A stretch of DNA of 64,000 nt, from positions 28,137 to 92,136 of the forward strand of contig JBBRLJ010000023.1 in assembly GCA_038231435.1 (NCBI GenBank), read 5' to 3'. The notes beneath the pieces were generated by a model, which searched no databases, had not been told where the DNA came from, and saw nothing but the letters and a program-made list of their open reading frames with translations. This document shows positions 29,789 to 39,785 of the stretch, one piece after another. How positions within the stretch are numbered: the first letter of the stretch is position 1; each line of letters starts with the position of its first letter. The translations under genes and the position numbers were made by a program. This stretch comes from Planctomycetota bacterium (GTDB lineage: Bacteria; Planctomycetota; UBA11346).

Positions 29789-30697
29789 ATGAGCGCACAA
29801 TTCGGCAGCTGGATCGGTTCTGGAGCCGCGGGCACCTGGAAACCCCGCATCGACGCGCGGCTGGTCGACGACCCGCGCTTCCCGGCGCTGCTGGCGACCG
29901 CGGCGGCGGGTGTGTCCTTCGCCGGCGCCTGCGCGCTGGTCACCGGCGCATCGGACGCGAACTCCATCGGCTACGCCATCGCCCGCAACCTCGCCCAGGG
30001 CGGAGCCAAGGTGATCATCACCGGCTCGCGCGACCTCGCGCGCATCGCCGCCACCGCCGAGCAGCTGGTGCGCGAGGCCGGTGCAGGCTCGGTGCTGCCC
30101 GCGCAGGTGAACCAGGGCGATCTCGCGCAGCTGGATCAGCTGCTCGATGTCGTCAAGGCACAGAACCTGGCCCTGACCCACGTCTACCCGTTCGCCGCGG
30201 TCAACCACCCGGCGCTGTTCGTCGGCATCAAGGCCGAGGACTACCAGCGCGTGTTCTCGGTGAACGTGTTCGGCGTCTACCACCTGCTCGCCAAGCACGC
30301 GCGCCAGGCGCCGCGCAAGGACCCCTGGTACGCGGTGGTGCCGCTGTCGCCGAACGATGGGCGCCTGCAGGGATCCGGGCTGTATCCCGCGACCAAGCAG
30401 GCGCTCATCCCCATCGTCGTGCAGGGTCAGAACGAGGTCGGCGACCGCCGCAACGGCCATTACATCGGCGTGTCGATCGCCTGGACGCGCAGTGCGCTGA
30501 TGAGCTCGCTGGACTCGGGCGTCGAGCAGGTGAAGGCCGCGGGCCTGAAGGTGTTCGAGACGTCCGACACCGCGGATGTCTGCACCTTGTGCGGGACACC
30601 CGGCGCCCAGGTGCTCAAGGGCACGGTCGTCGACGCGGCCGGCGGCTTCGGCCGCATGGACGCCAAGGCCATGGCCGCGGCGTTCGCACCGCATTGA
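29789..30697 (+). CDS. SDR-fold ketoreductase resembling the fungal/mycobacterial FAS-I KR domain
   Basis: ALVTGAS..SIG, GGAKVIITGSR, NQGD, PFAA, PLSPN, YPATK and IAWTR. Confidence 0.8.
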   Translation: MSAQFGSWIGSGAAGTWKPRIDARLVDDPRFPALLATAAAGVSFAGACALVTGASDANSIGYAIARNLAQGGAKVIITGSRDLARIAATAEQLVREAGAGSVLPAQVNQGDLAQLDQLLDVVKAQNLALTHVYPFAAVNHPALFVGIKAEDYQRVFSVNVFGVYHLLAKHARQAPRKDPWYAVVPLSPNDGRLQGSGLYPATKQALIPIVVQGQNEVGDRRNGHYIGVSIAWTRSALMSSLDSGVEQVKAAGLKVFETSDTADVCTLCGTPGAQVLKGTVVDAAGGFGRMDAKAMAAAFAPH

Positions 30698-30834
30698 ACC
30701 GCGTGCCGTCATGGGGCCCGGCATTCCCACCAGGGCCGCCAGGCGTTTGAAACCTCGACACATCCCGGGGTTTCACGGCGTCGCCAGCGACGCCGCTGCT
30801 TGCGCACCAGCCACGGCGACGGTCTGATCCCGGC

Positions 30835-31899
30835 ATGTTCGTCGCGCTGCTCGTATCCATTGGCGCGGCATTCGTGCTCAGCCTCGCCGGCACGCGCCTG
30901 GCGATGGCGCTCGCCGGGCGCATGGCGTTCGTCGACCAGCCCGGACTCGAAGCCCACAAGCAGCAGGCGCATGCGGTGCCCTACGGCGGCGGTCTGGCGA
31001 TGGGCGTCGCGCTCGCCGTCGGCCTGGTGACCTGCCATTATCTCGAGCTGTTCCTGCCCGCCGGTCTGCCCGGCATGGACGAGATCCTCGACCACGCCCA
31101 CATCATGCCCATCTATGTGGGCGCCGTCGTGCTGCTCTTCACCGGCCTGTACGACGACCACCGCCCGATGCGTGCCTGGATGAAGCTCGGGATCCAGGCC
31201 GCGGTCGCGGCGGCGGTGATCCCGGCCGCGGATCTGCAGATCGACTCGCTGCAGCACCATCCCTGGCTGGCCTACGGCCTGTCGTGGCTGTGGATGGTGC
31301 TCATCACCAACGCCTTCAACCTGCTCGACCACGCCGATGGCCTGTCCGCCAGCGTCGCGCTGGTGAGCATCACCGTGCTGCTCAGCGGCAGCCTGATGGA
31401 CGGCGACCTGCAGCTCGCGGCGCTGTGGATGGTGCTGATCGCGGTGCTGCTCGGATTCCTGGTTTGGAACCTGCCGCCCGCGCGGGTGTACATGGGCGAT
31501 GCCGGTTCGCTGCCGCTCGGGTTCCTGGTCGCCGCCGGGACCTTGTCGGTGACCTTCTGGCCCAGCGGCGCAGGCGGCAGCCCGCTGGCGGTGTTCTCGC
31601 CGCTGATCATCACCGCCATCCCGCTCTTCGACGCGACCGCGGTGGTGATCAAGCGCATCGCCAATCGCCGTCCGATCATGGTCGGGGATCGCAACCACAT
31701 CAGCCATCGCCTGACCCGTCTCGGCTATTCGGCCGGGACCTCGCTGGCGGTGGTGGTGGCGCTGCAGGTGTCGCTGTCCGCCAGCGCGCTGCTCCTGCGC
31801 CTCGGGGATCCGGTGGTGGGCATCGTGGTGCTCGCGCAGGTGGCCGGCATCCTCATCGCCGTGGTGCTCCTGGAAACGGTACGCGACAAGCATGCGTGA
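30835..31899 (+). CDS. WecA/TagO-family undecaprenyl-phosphate sugar-1-phosphate transferase
   Basis: PYGGGLA, GLYDD, NAFNLLDHADGL, YMGDAGS and DRNHISHRL; polytopic membrane protein. Confidence 0.9.
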   Translation: MFVALLVSIGAAFVLSLAGTRLAMALAGRMAFVDQPGLEAHKQQAHAVPYGGGLAMGVALAVGLVTCHYLELFLPAGLPGMDEILDHAHIMPIYVGAVVLLFTGLYDDHRPMRAWMKLGIQAAVAAAVIPAADLQIDSLQHHPWLAYGLSWLWMVLITNAFNLLDHADGLSASVALVSITVLLSGSLMDGDLQLAALWMVLIAVLLGFLVWNLPPARVYMGDAGSLPLGFLVAAGTLSVTFWPSGAGGSPLAVFSPLIITAIPLFDATAVVIKRIANRRPIMVGDRNHISHRLTRLGYSAGTSLAVVVALQVSLSASALLLRLGDPVVGIVVLAQVAGILIAVVLLETVRDKHA

Positions 31900-34075
31900 G
31901 CTCGATAGCGCGGTCGCGCGGGAGCGTCTGCCGCTGATCGCCGGCCCGGTACACGCTACGCTGCTCGCACTGCTGATCGTACTGCGTCCGCTGGTGTGGG
32001 ACGGCAACGCCGCATGGCTGCCGAACCTCGCCTACCTGCTGCTGGTGGTGCTGGCGCTCGCCACGCTGCTGGTCGAGGGCTGGGTGGACACGCGCCGCGC
32101 CTGGCGCTGGAGCGTCAATGGAGCGCTGTTCGCCGCTCTGCTGCTGGTGCTGCTGCCCGCCGCCCTGCGCTCGCCGTTGCCGGTCGAGGGCTGGTCGCTG
32201 TGGGGCATGGCGTTCATCCATCTCGGCCTCGCCGCGTACCTGATGCAGGTGGTGCCGGGCCGTGAGCGCCTGGCCCTGGCGGCGCTCGGAGCTGGCCTGG
32301 CTGGAGAGACCATCATCTGCCTCGGCCAATACGCCTTCGTGCTGCCGGGCATGGCGGCGGCGCAGGCGCGCGGCGAATTCGCCGGCGCGATCGGCCCGGG
32401 CCAACAGGGCATCCTGGCCGAGCGCATCGCCAACGGCGGCCTGTTCGGGACCTTCACCTTGTCGAACACGTTGGCGGCGTTCCTGCTGCTCGCGGTGCCG
32501 CCGCTGATCGGCTCGGCGTTCGATGCGCGCGGCTCGCGACCAGCACGAACCCTGGCCTGGATGGTCGCCGGGTTCTCGGTGCTGGTGTTCGCGCTCACCG
32601 GCAGCAAGGGCGCGGTCATCGCCTTGGGCGCGGCCATCGCCCTGCAGTGGTGGTGGCGCCACCAGGGCGTGAGGCGCTGGGTGCCGGTGGCGTTCGCCGT
32701 GGTGGTTGCGGTCGCCGCTCTGAATCATCCGGGGCTGCGCCACGGCCTGCACGACAGCGCCGAGGTGCGCGTGGGCTACTGGCGCGGCGCGATCGAGCTG
32801 GTGCGCGAAGCGCCGGTGTCCGGACACGGACTGGAATCGTTCCGCGAGCATGCGCCGCGCGTGCTGCAGCCGTGGGCCGAGTACAGCGTGCATGTCCATG
32901 ACGAACCACTCGAGGCCGCGGTGGACGGAGGCGTCATCGCCGGAGGCCTGCTGCTGATCCTGCTCGCGCGACTGGCCTGGGTGCCGCGCGCGCGCGCGCG
33001 CGCGGGAGTCGAGCTCGAGCTGTCGCCGACGACCACGGGCATCCCCATCGATGGTCCGTATCCGTCAACCGCCATCGGCGCGGTCGCGCTCGCCGTGGGC
33101 GTGGCGTACTGGAGCATGCTCGGGACACTTCATGACAACCTCTCATGGTGGCCGGGCGGCGCGGGCATGCTGGGTGAATGGGGTCTCGGCGCGGTGCTCG
33201 GCGCCGTTCTCGGCGGCGTCTTCATGGTGCTGTCGCGGCTCGAGGCGCCGCCGGCATGGAGCGTCAGCCTGGGACTGATGGCGTTGGCACTGCACGCACT
33301 GCTCGATTTCGATCTGCACAGCTCGGCGGTCTGGGGAACCGTCATGGTACTCGCCGTGCTCTCGCCGAGCGCATCACGCATTGTGTCGCCCGCTGGCCGA
33401 GCGCGCGTCGCGCTGCTGTGCGTCTGCACGCTCGCGGTAGCGGCAGCGCTGGCGCTGTGGCTCGGCGGGGTGGTCCGCGCGGCAACTCTGCGAGACGCGC
33501 GTCAGATCGAGGAGTACGCGCGCATGCTCAGGACACAGGGGGCCTTGACCGGTGACGAATCCGAGCGCGTGCTCACGGCCTTGACCGAGACCGCCGGCGA
33601 ACCGCTTCCGCTCCCTGGCGATGCGCAGCGCAAGGCCGACCGCAACCGTATCATCGCTGCGTGCTTGGCGGATGGCGTCCGCCTGGCTGGCGATGACCAC
33701 CAGCTGGCCACCCAGCTGCTCGCTCTGCTGCCCGCGGGCGCCGCTCGCGAACCCGCCACCCGCGCGCTCCGCGCGCGCCGCCCGAACAGCTCGCTGGCCG
33801 AGGCGATGCTGGCGCAGGACTGTCAGGCGCTGGCGCTAGAGAGCAGCGGAGACCGATCGCGGGCGCACTGGCACGACGCCCTCGACCAGGCCCGCATCGC
33901 GCTGGCGCTCGCACCATCGAACCTGCGTCCGCGCAAGGCGCTGGCCGATCTCTGCGCCGACGCCGCGAACCATCTCCCGGACGAAGCCGAGGCGCTCCGC
34001 CGCGAGGAGAAGAAGCAGCGGGATCTCATCGAAGCCATGACGCCGATCGTGCACTTCGGCAATCGCCTCGAATGA
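31892..34075 (+). CDS. O-antigen ligase (Wzy_C)-family membrane protein with C-terminal helical/TPR region
   Basis: GTFTLSNTLAAFL, TGSKG, RVGYWRGA..GHG, HVHDEPLE and HALLDFD. Confidence 0.85.
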   Translation: MRELDSAVARERLPLIAGPVHATLLALLIVLRPLVWDGNAAWLPNLAYLLLVVLALATLLVEGWVDTRRAWRWSVNGALFAALLLVLLPAALRSPLPVEGWSLWGMAFIHLGLAAYLMQVVPGRERLALAALGAGLAGETIICLGQYAFVLPGMAAAQARGEFAGAIGPGQQGILAERIANGGLFGTFTLSNTLAAFLLLAVPPLIGSAFDARGSRPARTLAWMVAGFSVLVFALTGSKGAVIALGAAIALQWWWRHQGVRRWVPVAFAVVVAVAALNHPGLRHGLHDSAEVRVGYWRGAIELVREAPVSGHGLESFREHAPRVLQPWAEYSVHVHDEPLEAAVDGGVIAGGLLLILLARLAWVPRARARAGVELELSPTTTGIPIDGPYPSTAIGAVALAVGVAYWSMLGTLHDNLSWWPGGAGMLGEWGLGAVLGAVLGGVFMVLSRLEAPPAWSVSLGLMALALHALLDFDLHSSAVWGTVMVLAVLSPSASRIVSPAGRARVALLCVCTLAVAAALALWLGGVVRAATLRDARQIEEYARMLRTQGALTGDESERVLTALTETAGEPLPLPGDAQRKADRNRIIAACLADGVRLAGDDHQLATQLLALLPAGAAREPATRALRARRPNSSLAEAMLAQDCQALALESSGDRSRAHWHDALDQARIALALAPSNLRPRKALADLCADAANHLPDEAEALRREEKKQRDLIEAMTPIVHFGNRLE

Positions 34076-34178
34076 CCTAGGCATGCGGCTTGCGGCGAAA
34101 CGACCGCCTCCGACCGCGATCCGCTCCGTGCTATCTGCTATCTGCTTTCTGCTCTCTCACGCCATCCCCGCCGCACGC

Positions 34179-35318
34179 CTATTTGACGTACTGCTCCCAC
34201 TCCCACGCCTGCAGCCGCGCGCGATGTCCGGCGAGCGTCGTCCACGGGCTGCTCGGTCCTCCGGCTCCCGCGGCGGCCGCGGGATTCATGCGCAGCAGCA
34301 GGTTCAGGAGCGCATGGCGCACCACCGGATCCTGATCCTTCGCGGCGCGCGCGGCCAGCGAGGCGGTGGGCACGGTCGCCTGCCACGAGACGTTCACCGC
34401 CAGTGCGGTGGCGGCGGCGGCGGCGATCTCGCGCGTGCCGTCGACGGCGATCTCGACCAGGGCCTTGGCCAGTTCCGGATCGATGTCGGCGCCAAGTCGG
34501 GAGCTGGCCAGCACCAGGCCTTCGCGGCCTTCGTCGTCGAGCTCGCCGCGCCGGCGTTCGTCGACCAGGCGCAGGATGGCGGGCTTGAGCAGATCTGGCG
34601 AGGAGCCGTGCGGCATGCTGGTGATGCCGTGGTTGCGCTCGGCGCGGGTGGCGCGCAGCAGCGCCCATTCGAGCACCTGGCGCGCCGGCGGCGAATCCGC
34701 GCCGCAGGTATCGATCAGGAATGACAGCGCGTTCTGACGGATGCTGGGCGTGTCGGCGCCGGGCAGGTGGTCGGGCATGCGCGGATCACCCAGGCGCAAG
34801 GCGATCGCCGGAGTGGACTCCGGCTTGATCAGCCACAGGTCGATGAGCGCCGACTTGATCAGGCCGGGTTCGCTCTCGGTGGCGATGAAATGCATCAGCA
34901 CATCGACCAGGGCGGGATCACGCGTCCAACGGATCTCGCGCAGGATCGCCGAGCGGGTTTCACTATCAGCGACCTTCCAGCGACGTTCGTTGGTGGTGTC
35001 GGTGACGCGGCGCGTCCAGGGTTCGCCGGTGTAGAGCAGCCGCGCGGCGAGTAGCGTGGGGGCCTTCTCGGGGACGCGCCAGGTCAGGTAGGTGATCTGG
35101 CGCGAGATCCACGACGGGTACGGCTCGAACAGCGCCTGCCAGCGTGATTTCGCGCCGCTGTCGGCGAGCAGCAGCGAGTGCGGATTCTCGACTGCTGGAT
35201 AGTCGATGGTCGCGGCCGTGGCCACGCCCGACGGCGACCAAACCGCTGCTGACAGCAGCACGGCCGGCAGCGCGCGCACTGCTCTGATCCGCTTCCCGAA
35301 GCAAGCGCGCCGCGTCAT
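34179..35318 (-). CDS. Exported helical-repeat hypothetical protein
   Basis: Start MTRRACF overlaps the upstream stop; signal-like segment; HEAT-like C-terminus (DQDPVVRHALLNLL). Confidence 0.7.
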   Translation of the reverse strand: MTRRACFGKRIRAVRALPAVLLSAAVWSPSGVATAATIDYPAVENPHSLLLADSGAKSRWQALFEPYPSWISRQITYLTWRVPEKAPTLLAARLLYTGEPWTRRVTDTTNERRWKVADSETRSAILREIRWTRDPALVDVLMHFIATESEPGLIKSALIDLWLIKPESTPAIALRLGDPRMPDHLPGADTPSIRQNALSFLIDTCGADSPPARQVLEWALLRATRAERNHGITSMPHGSSPDLLKPAILRLVDERRRGELDDEGREGLVLASSRLGADIDPELAKALVEIAVDGTREIAAAAATALAVNVSWQATVPTASLAARAAKDQDPVVRHALLNLLLRMNPAAAAGAGGPSSPWTTLAGHRARLQAWEWEQYVK

Positions 35319-36475
35319 TTCGGCGCCTCGATCCACGCCGGCGAGAATCCGGGGTAGGCCTTGGCGAGACCAGAGAGCACCATCGGATCGGGGGTCTGGT
35401 AGGGGCCGACCAGCACCCCGAGCCGGTTCTCGGCGAGATCCTTGAGGTAGGCGGGGTAGCCGGCGGCGATCACCTGGCGCTTGAGCGACTCGGCCTGCGC
35501 GCGCTCGCGCGGCGAGCCGCTCGCGAGGCGCACGCACCACGCTCGTTCGACCGCGGGCGCGGGGCGGAGGATGGCGTCGGAGAGGCGATCGGCGAGCGCG
35601 CGCAGCTGCGGCAGCCCGATGGCCGCCGTGCGCAGGCGCTCGGCCACCGCGGCCGAGCGGTCGTGGTTGTCGCTGCGCAGCAGCTCCTGCGCGTCCGCGC
35701 TGGCGAGCACCGCTTCGCGCAGGTGGCGGGGATCCTCGTCGGTGTGGCCGATGGCGCCATCGAGCTTGAGGGACATCTCGATCAGGTAGCGGTGGGCGCC
35801 GTCGTCGCGCTCGACTCCGGCGATCAGCTTGATCGTCGCGTCGTCGACCACGCCCTTCGCGGTATTGAACCGGTAGGTCGAGACCAGGTCGCGGATCTGG
35901 TGGTAGCGGTTGTCGGCGCTGAGCCATTCGACGCTCGACTGCAGCTTGAGCTGGAAGACCGGCTTGGTGCCGCTCTTGGTGCGCCGCACCCGTCCCTGCA
36001 CCGGATTGCGTCCGGCCGGCAGCACCGCGTAGTTGACCGTGACCTCGCGTGGCTGCTCGGATCCCTCGGGCAACGGCATGAGATTGAAATCGAAGAAGCC
36101 GATCGCGGCCCCGGCATCCGAGGGACGCGCCGCGGCATCGAGCTTGAAGGAGGCGCCATCGGGCGAGAACTCGAGCAGCGTGACCTGATCGTTTCGCGCG
36201 CTGCCATCGGCCGCCGCGCAGATCAGCGCCATCTCGTTGTCGGCGCCGGTGCACACCAGGTCGATGCCGCGCACTTCCGTGCGGCCCGGGCCGGGCTTGC
36301 CGTCCGCCATGTACTCGCTTGAGGTGGTGGTGAGCTTGTAGGCGATGACCTGACCTGGCTGGAACGCGAGGTGGCACGGGCGCAGCGCGAGCGCGAAGGC
36401 CAGCACGCCGAGGACGAACACGAACAGCACGCTGATCGACAGCGCGACCGAGGCCTGCTTCTTGAGCCAGCCCAT
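35315..36475 (-). CDS. Membrane-anchored protein with C-terminal SPOR domain
   Basis: N-terminal TM; C-terminal WCVRLASG...RAQAESL...GYPAY...VLVGPY. Confidence 0.75.
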   Translation of the reverse strand: MGWLKKQASVALSISVLFVFVLGVLAFALALRPCHLAFQPGQVIAYKLTTTSSEYMADGKPGPGRTEVRGIDLVCTGADNEMALICAAADGSARNDQVTLLEFSPDGASFKLDAAARPSDAGAAIGFFDFNLMPLPEGSEQPREVTVNYAVLPAGRNPVQGRVRRTKSGTKPVFQLKLQSSVEWLSADNRYHQIRDLVSTYRFNTAKGVVDDATIKLIAGVERDDGAHRYLIEMSLKLDGAIGHTDEDPRHLREAVLASADAQELLRSDNHDRSAAVAERLRTAAIGLPQLRALADRLSDAILRPAPAVERAWCVRLASGSPRERAQAESLKRQVIAAGYPAYLKDLAENRLGVLVGPYQTPDPMVLSGLAKAYPGFSPAWIEAPK

Positions 36476-36669
36476 GTTCACGCGCATGGGCACTCGATGC
36501 GCGCGCGGACAGGCGATCGGGCGTCGCCGCGGGCGGGTCTCATGGTGATCGAGTGACCGTTGGGCATGTCGCTGACCTACTCTGCCCAGCGCGCCTCACG
36601 GGCAAGCGAATGCGCTCGTCCAGGCGGGCGGAAGTCCTGGCCTCGCCCAGGGTAAGGATTACCGTGCCG

Positions 36670-37569
36670 ATGATGTCCTCGACCCGTCCAGCGGCCCGCA
36701 CGGGCATCCGTCCGGTGACCATCGCGACCGGCGTCGTGGTCGGTGGCCGGCTGCCGGTCATGATCATGGGCCCGTGCGTGATCGAGAGCGAGGCCCACGC
36801 GCTGAAGATGGCGCGCATCGTGAAGCGCGAGGCGCGCCGCGTCGGGCTGCCGGTGATCTTCAAGGCGAGCTTCGACAAGGCCAATCGCACCAGTCACGCG
36901 AGCTTCCGCGGCCATGGGCTCGACGAGGGCCTGCGCATCCTGGCGCTGGTGCGCGAGGAGACCGGCATGCCGGTCACCACCGACGTGCACGAGTCCGGCC
37001 AGGTGGCCGGGGTCGCCGAGGTCGTGGATCTGCTGCAGGTGCCAGCGCTGCTCTGCCGCCAGACCGACCTGATCGAGGCCTGTGCGCGCTCGGGGCGGCC
37101 GACCAGCATCAAGAAGGGCCAGTTCCTGGCGCCATGGGATTGCGGCAACATCGTCGATAAGTTCCGCGCGGTGCCGGTCGCGCGCGGAACCGCCAAGGAC
37201 CGCCTGATCCTCATCGAACGCGGCACCTCCTTCGGCTACAACACCCTGGTCAGCGATTTCCGTGCACTGCCGATCATGCGCGGCTTCGGCGTTCCGGTGA
37301 TCTTCGACGGCACGCATTCGGTGCAGGCGCCGGGCGGCATGGGCAGCCGGAGTGGTGGCGCTGGTCATCTGGCCCCGCCGCTCATGCGCGCCGCCCTGGC
37401 CGTGGGTTGCGAAGGGGTCTTCATGGAGACCCACGACGATCCGCCCAAGGCCTTCAGCGATGGCCCGAACGTGGTGCCAACGCGCGAGTTGCACGGACTG
37501 CTCAAGGATCTGCGCGCGATCCATGACACCCTGGGTCGTCGCGACCCCCCGGCCCCACGCGCATATTGA
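36670..37569 (+). CDS. kdsA: KDO-8-phosphate synthase
   Basis: GPCVIES, KASFDKANRTS, TDVHE, LCRQTDL, KKGQF, ERGTSFGYN and SDGPN. Confidence 0.95.
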   Translation: MMSSTRPAARTGIRPVTIATGVVVGGRLPVMIMGPCVIESEAHALKMARIVKREARRVGLPVIFKASFDKANRTSHASFRGHGLDEGLRILALVREETGMPVTTDVHESGQVAGVAEVVDLLQVPALLCRQTDLIEACARSGRPTSIKKGQFLAPWDCGNIVDKFRAVPVARGTAKDRLILIERGTSFGYNTLVSDFRALPIMRGFGVPVIFDGTHSVQAPGGMGSRSGGAGHLAPPLMRAALAVGCEGVFMETHDDPPKAFSDGPNVVPTRELHGLLKDLRAIHDTLGRRDPPAPRAY

Positions 37570-37631
37570 CAACGACCCGCTTCACGAGTCAGTACTACTG
37601 CAAGGGTCCGGTCCTGCCCATGGAGACGCGC

Positions 37632-39785
37632 ATGCGCGGCATCAGCTTCCTCGTTCTGCTGGCGCTCGTGGCTTCGCCAGCGGCGCGCTGCGCCGGCGCG
37701 GCGGCAGCCGCCGAGACCGCGCCGGATCCCAAGGCGCAGGCCAAGGCGCTCTACACCGAAGTCACGCGGGGAACGGACACACGCTCGGGGGATCTGTGGA
37801 CGGCGATCCAGCTCGAGGCCTGGGCGGCGCCGCAGAAGCTGAGCTTGCGCGGAGCGCCGATCCTCGGCACCTCGGAGATCCTCGGCGACCCGCTGCTCGC
37901 GTGTCCAGACGACGTCCGCTGCGTCTTCGACCGCGGCGACGCGCTGGATGTCCTCACCTATCGCCGCTACCACCAGTTGGCTCCTGACGGCCGACCGCTG
38001 TCTCCGTCCATCGCGTTCGGTCTCCGTTGCGACCGCGGCGATGTCGCCTTCGATCGCGGGTATGTCGCGGCGATCTATTTCGAAGGCCGGGAGGAAGGCC
38101 CCCAGCACTGGCTCACGCGGGTACTCTCGCTGCCGGACGGCAAGCAGGTCATGGATGCCGATATCGAGGAGCCCGCCGCCACCGAGTTGGGCGATGGCGA
38201 CGCCAAGGTGGCGAACGACGGCACCGCCGTCGCGGTGTGCCTGCACAAGATCGACTCGGAACAATCCCGGGTCGTGGTCGCCGTCGGCAAGCAGCGCAAG
38301 GCCTATGACGACATGATCGCGCCGATCGGTGTCGCCTCGGGTGGCGCCTGGCTGCTCGCGAACGTCGTCGATGGCGAGAACTCGATTCCTGCGCTCGTGG
38401 TCGGCGCCGATCGCACCAGACTGAAATCCGCCGCGGTCGGCCCTGGCATCGCCGCGATCATCACCCTCGACAACGCCATCCAGATCCTCGACAAGGACGC
38501 GAAGCGCCTGCCGCTGGTGGTGCCCATGTCCATCGGAGTCGAGCCGCGGGTGATGACCGTCGGCCGCTGGCTGGTGGTATGTTCGGGCCGGGGCGCCAAG
38601 TCGGAAGACAACACCGATATGCTCGGCGGCGTCCTGCCGGACTCGCCGCAGCAGCCGGAAACCATCGCGCTCTTCCGCTGGGACGACTTGGCCGAGAAGA
38701 AGCAGATCGCGGTGCAGTGCTACCAGGCCCCGCTCGAGGTCGCCCGCCATCAGGCCGCGGGCCTGTACGTGTGGCACGACAAGCAGGTCGACATCATCGA
38801 TCTGCTCGGTCGGCAGCCGGTCGCCAAACCGTTCTGGACCGGCCCAAAGGACATCGGCTACGCATATTCCACCCGCTTCTGGAGCGTGGTCAGCTACCGC
38901 GGCGGCACCACGGTCTCGATCATCGACGACCAGGGACGCGAGCAGTGGAACGGGGAAGGCGACATCAATGTCTGGTACCGCGACGTCGCTGTCATCACCC
39001 ATAAAGGCGACAGTCCCAGCTACGACCTCGTCCATCTCGCGCCCGAGGCGAAGGACCGCAAGTCCGTCAGGCTGAAGCTCGAAGCCGGGGCGTGGACGTT
39101 CAACTGCGATCCGTACCACAATCGCCTGCTCGCGCGCCAGAATCGCCAGTGGGTGCTGATCGACCTGACCACGGGAGCGGTGCTATCGCAGGGCCAGGGC
39201 CGGAAGACCAGGCCGGACGTGGGATACAATTCACCGCCGCTGGGCCGCTTCTATTTCCGCTTCGGCCGGCTCTACGCGAAGTCGACTGGCGAGGAATCCG
39301 CCGAAGCCGAGCGCCTGTATCCGCAGGATGGATGGATGCTGGGCCGCGTCGCCCTGGTGCTCACGCGCGAAGACCGCGTGCTGATGACCGGCCACGCCAA
39401 GAAGGGCGAGTACAAGGACGTGGGCACGTGTCCCGGCTCGGCGCACTTCGGAGTGGTGAAGGAGGAACTGGTGATCACCAATTGGGATCTGAGGGTCCTC
39501 GGTTCGATCATCCCCAGTCCGACTCCCTTCCGGGCCGAACCGCCGCCTGGGCGCGACGGGGACATGCCGCCCGAGGGTCCATGGCGGGTGAACAACAACG
39601 CGACGCCGCTCGAGTTCGCTCCGCCGCATGGCGGTGTGATGACCTGGTCGGATGAGCGCGCGGGCTTCACGCCGAAATGGCTGCGCAGCCCGAAGCTCTC
39701 CGAATCGCAGGGACTGCTGCTGGTGACATCATCGCTGATCATCAACCTCGATCCCTCGGTCGCCAAGCTGGTTTCGAGACGGTGA
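37632..39785 (+). CDS. Large secreted beta-rich (propeller-like) hypothetical protein
   Basis: GGAG RBS; signal peptide MRGISFLVLLALVA; Trp- and beta-strand-rich. Confidence 0.75.
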   Translation: MRGISFLVLLALVASPAARCAGAAAAAETAPDPKAQAKALYTEVTRGTDTRSGDLWTAIQLEAWAAPQKLSLRGAPILGTSEILGDPLLACPDDVRCVFDRGDALDVLTYRRYHQLAPDGRPLSPSIAFGLRCDRGDVAFDRGYVAAIYFEGREEGPQHWLTRVLSLPDGKQVMDADIEEPAATELGDGDAKVANDGTAVAVCLHKIDSEQSRVVVAVGKQRKAYDDMIAPIGVASGGAWLLANVVDGENSIPALVVGADRTRLKSAAVGPGIAAIITLDNAIQILDKDAKRLPLVVPMSIGVEPRVMTVGRWLVVCSGRGAKSEDNTDMLGGVLPDSPQQPETIALFRWDDLAEKKQIAVQCYQAPLEVARHQAAGLYVWHDKQVDIIDLLGRQPVAKPFWTGPKDIGYAYSTRFWSVVSYRGGTTVSIIDDQGREQWNGEGDINVWYRDVAVITHKGDSPSYDLVHLAPEAKDRKSVRLKLEAGAWTFNCDPYHNRLLARQNRQWVLIDLTTGAVLSQGQGRKTRPDVGYNSPPLGRFYFRFGRLYAKSTGEESAEAERLYPQDGWMLGRVALVLTREDRVLMTGHAKKGEYKDVGTCPGSAHFGVVKEELVITNWDLRVLGSIIPSPTPFRAEPPPGRDGDMPPEGPWRVNNNATPLEFAPPHGGVMTWSDERAGFTPKWLRSPKLSESQGLLLVTSSLIINLDPSVAKLVSRR

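Noticed and set aside
34179..36377. 732-aa ORF
   Set aside because: The upstream half is an off-frame overlap with the SPOR gene; the start at 35318 is coupled to its stop
37566..37598. TTGACA promoter candidate at the kdsA end (similar case at 5810)
   Set aside because: No convincing -10 element at 16-18 bp spacing
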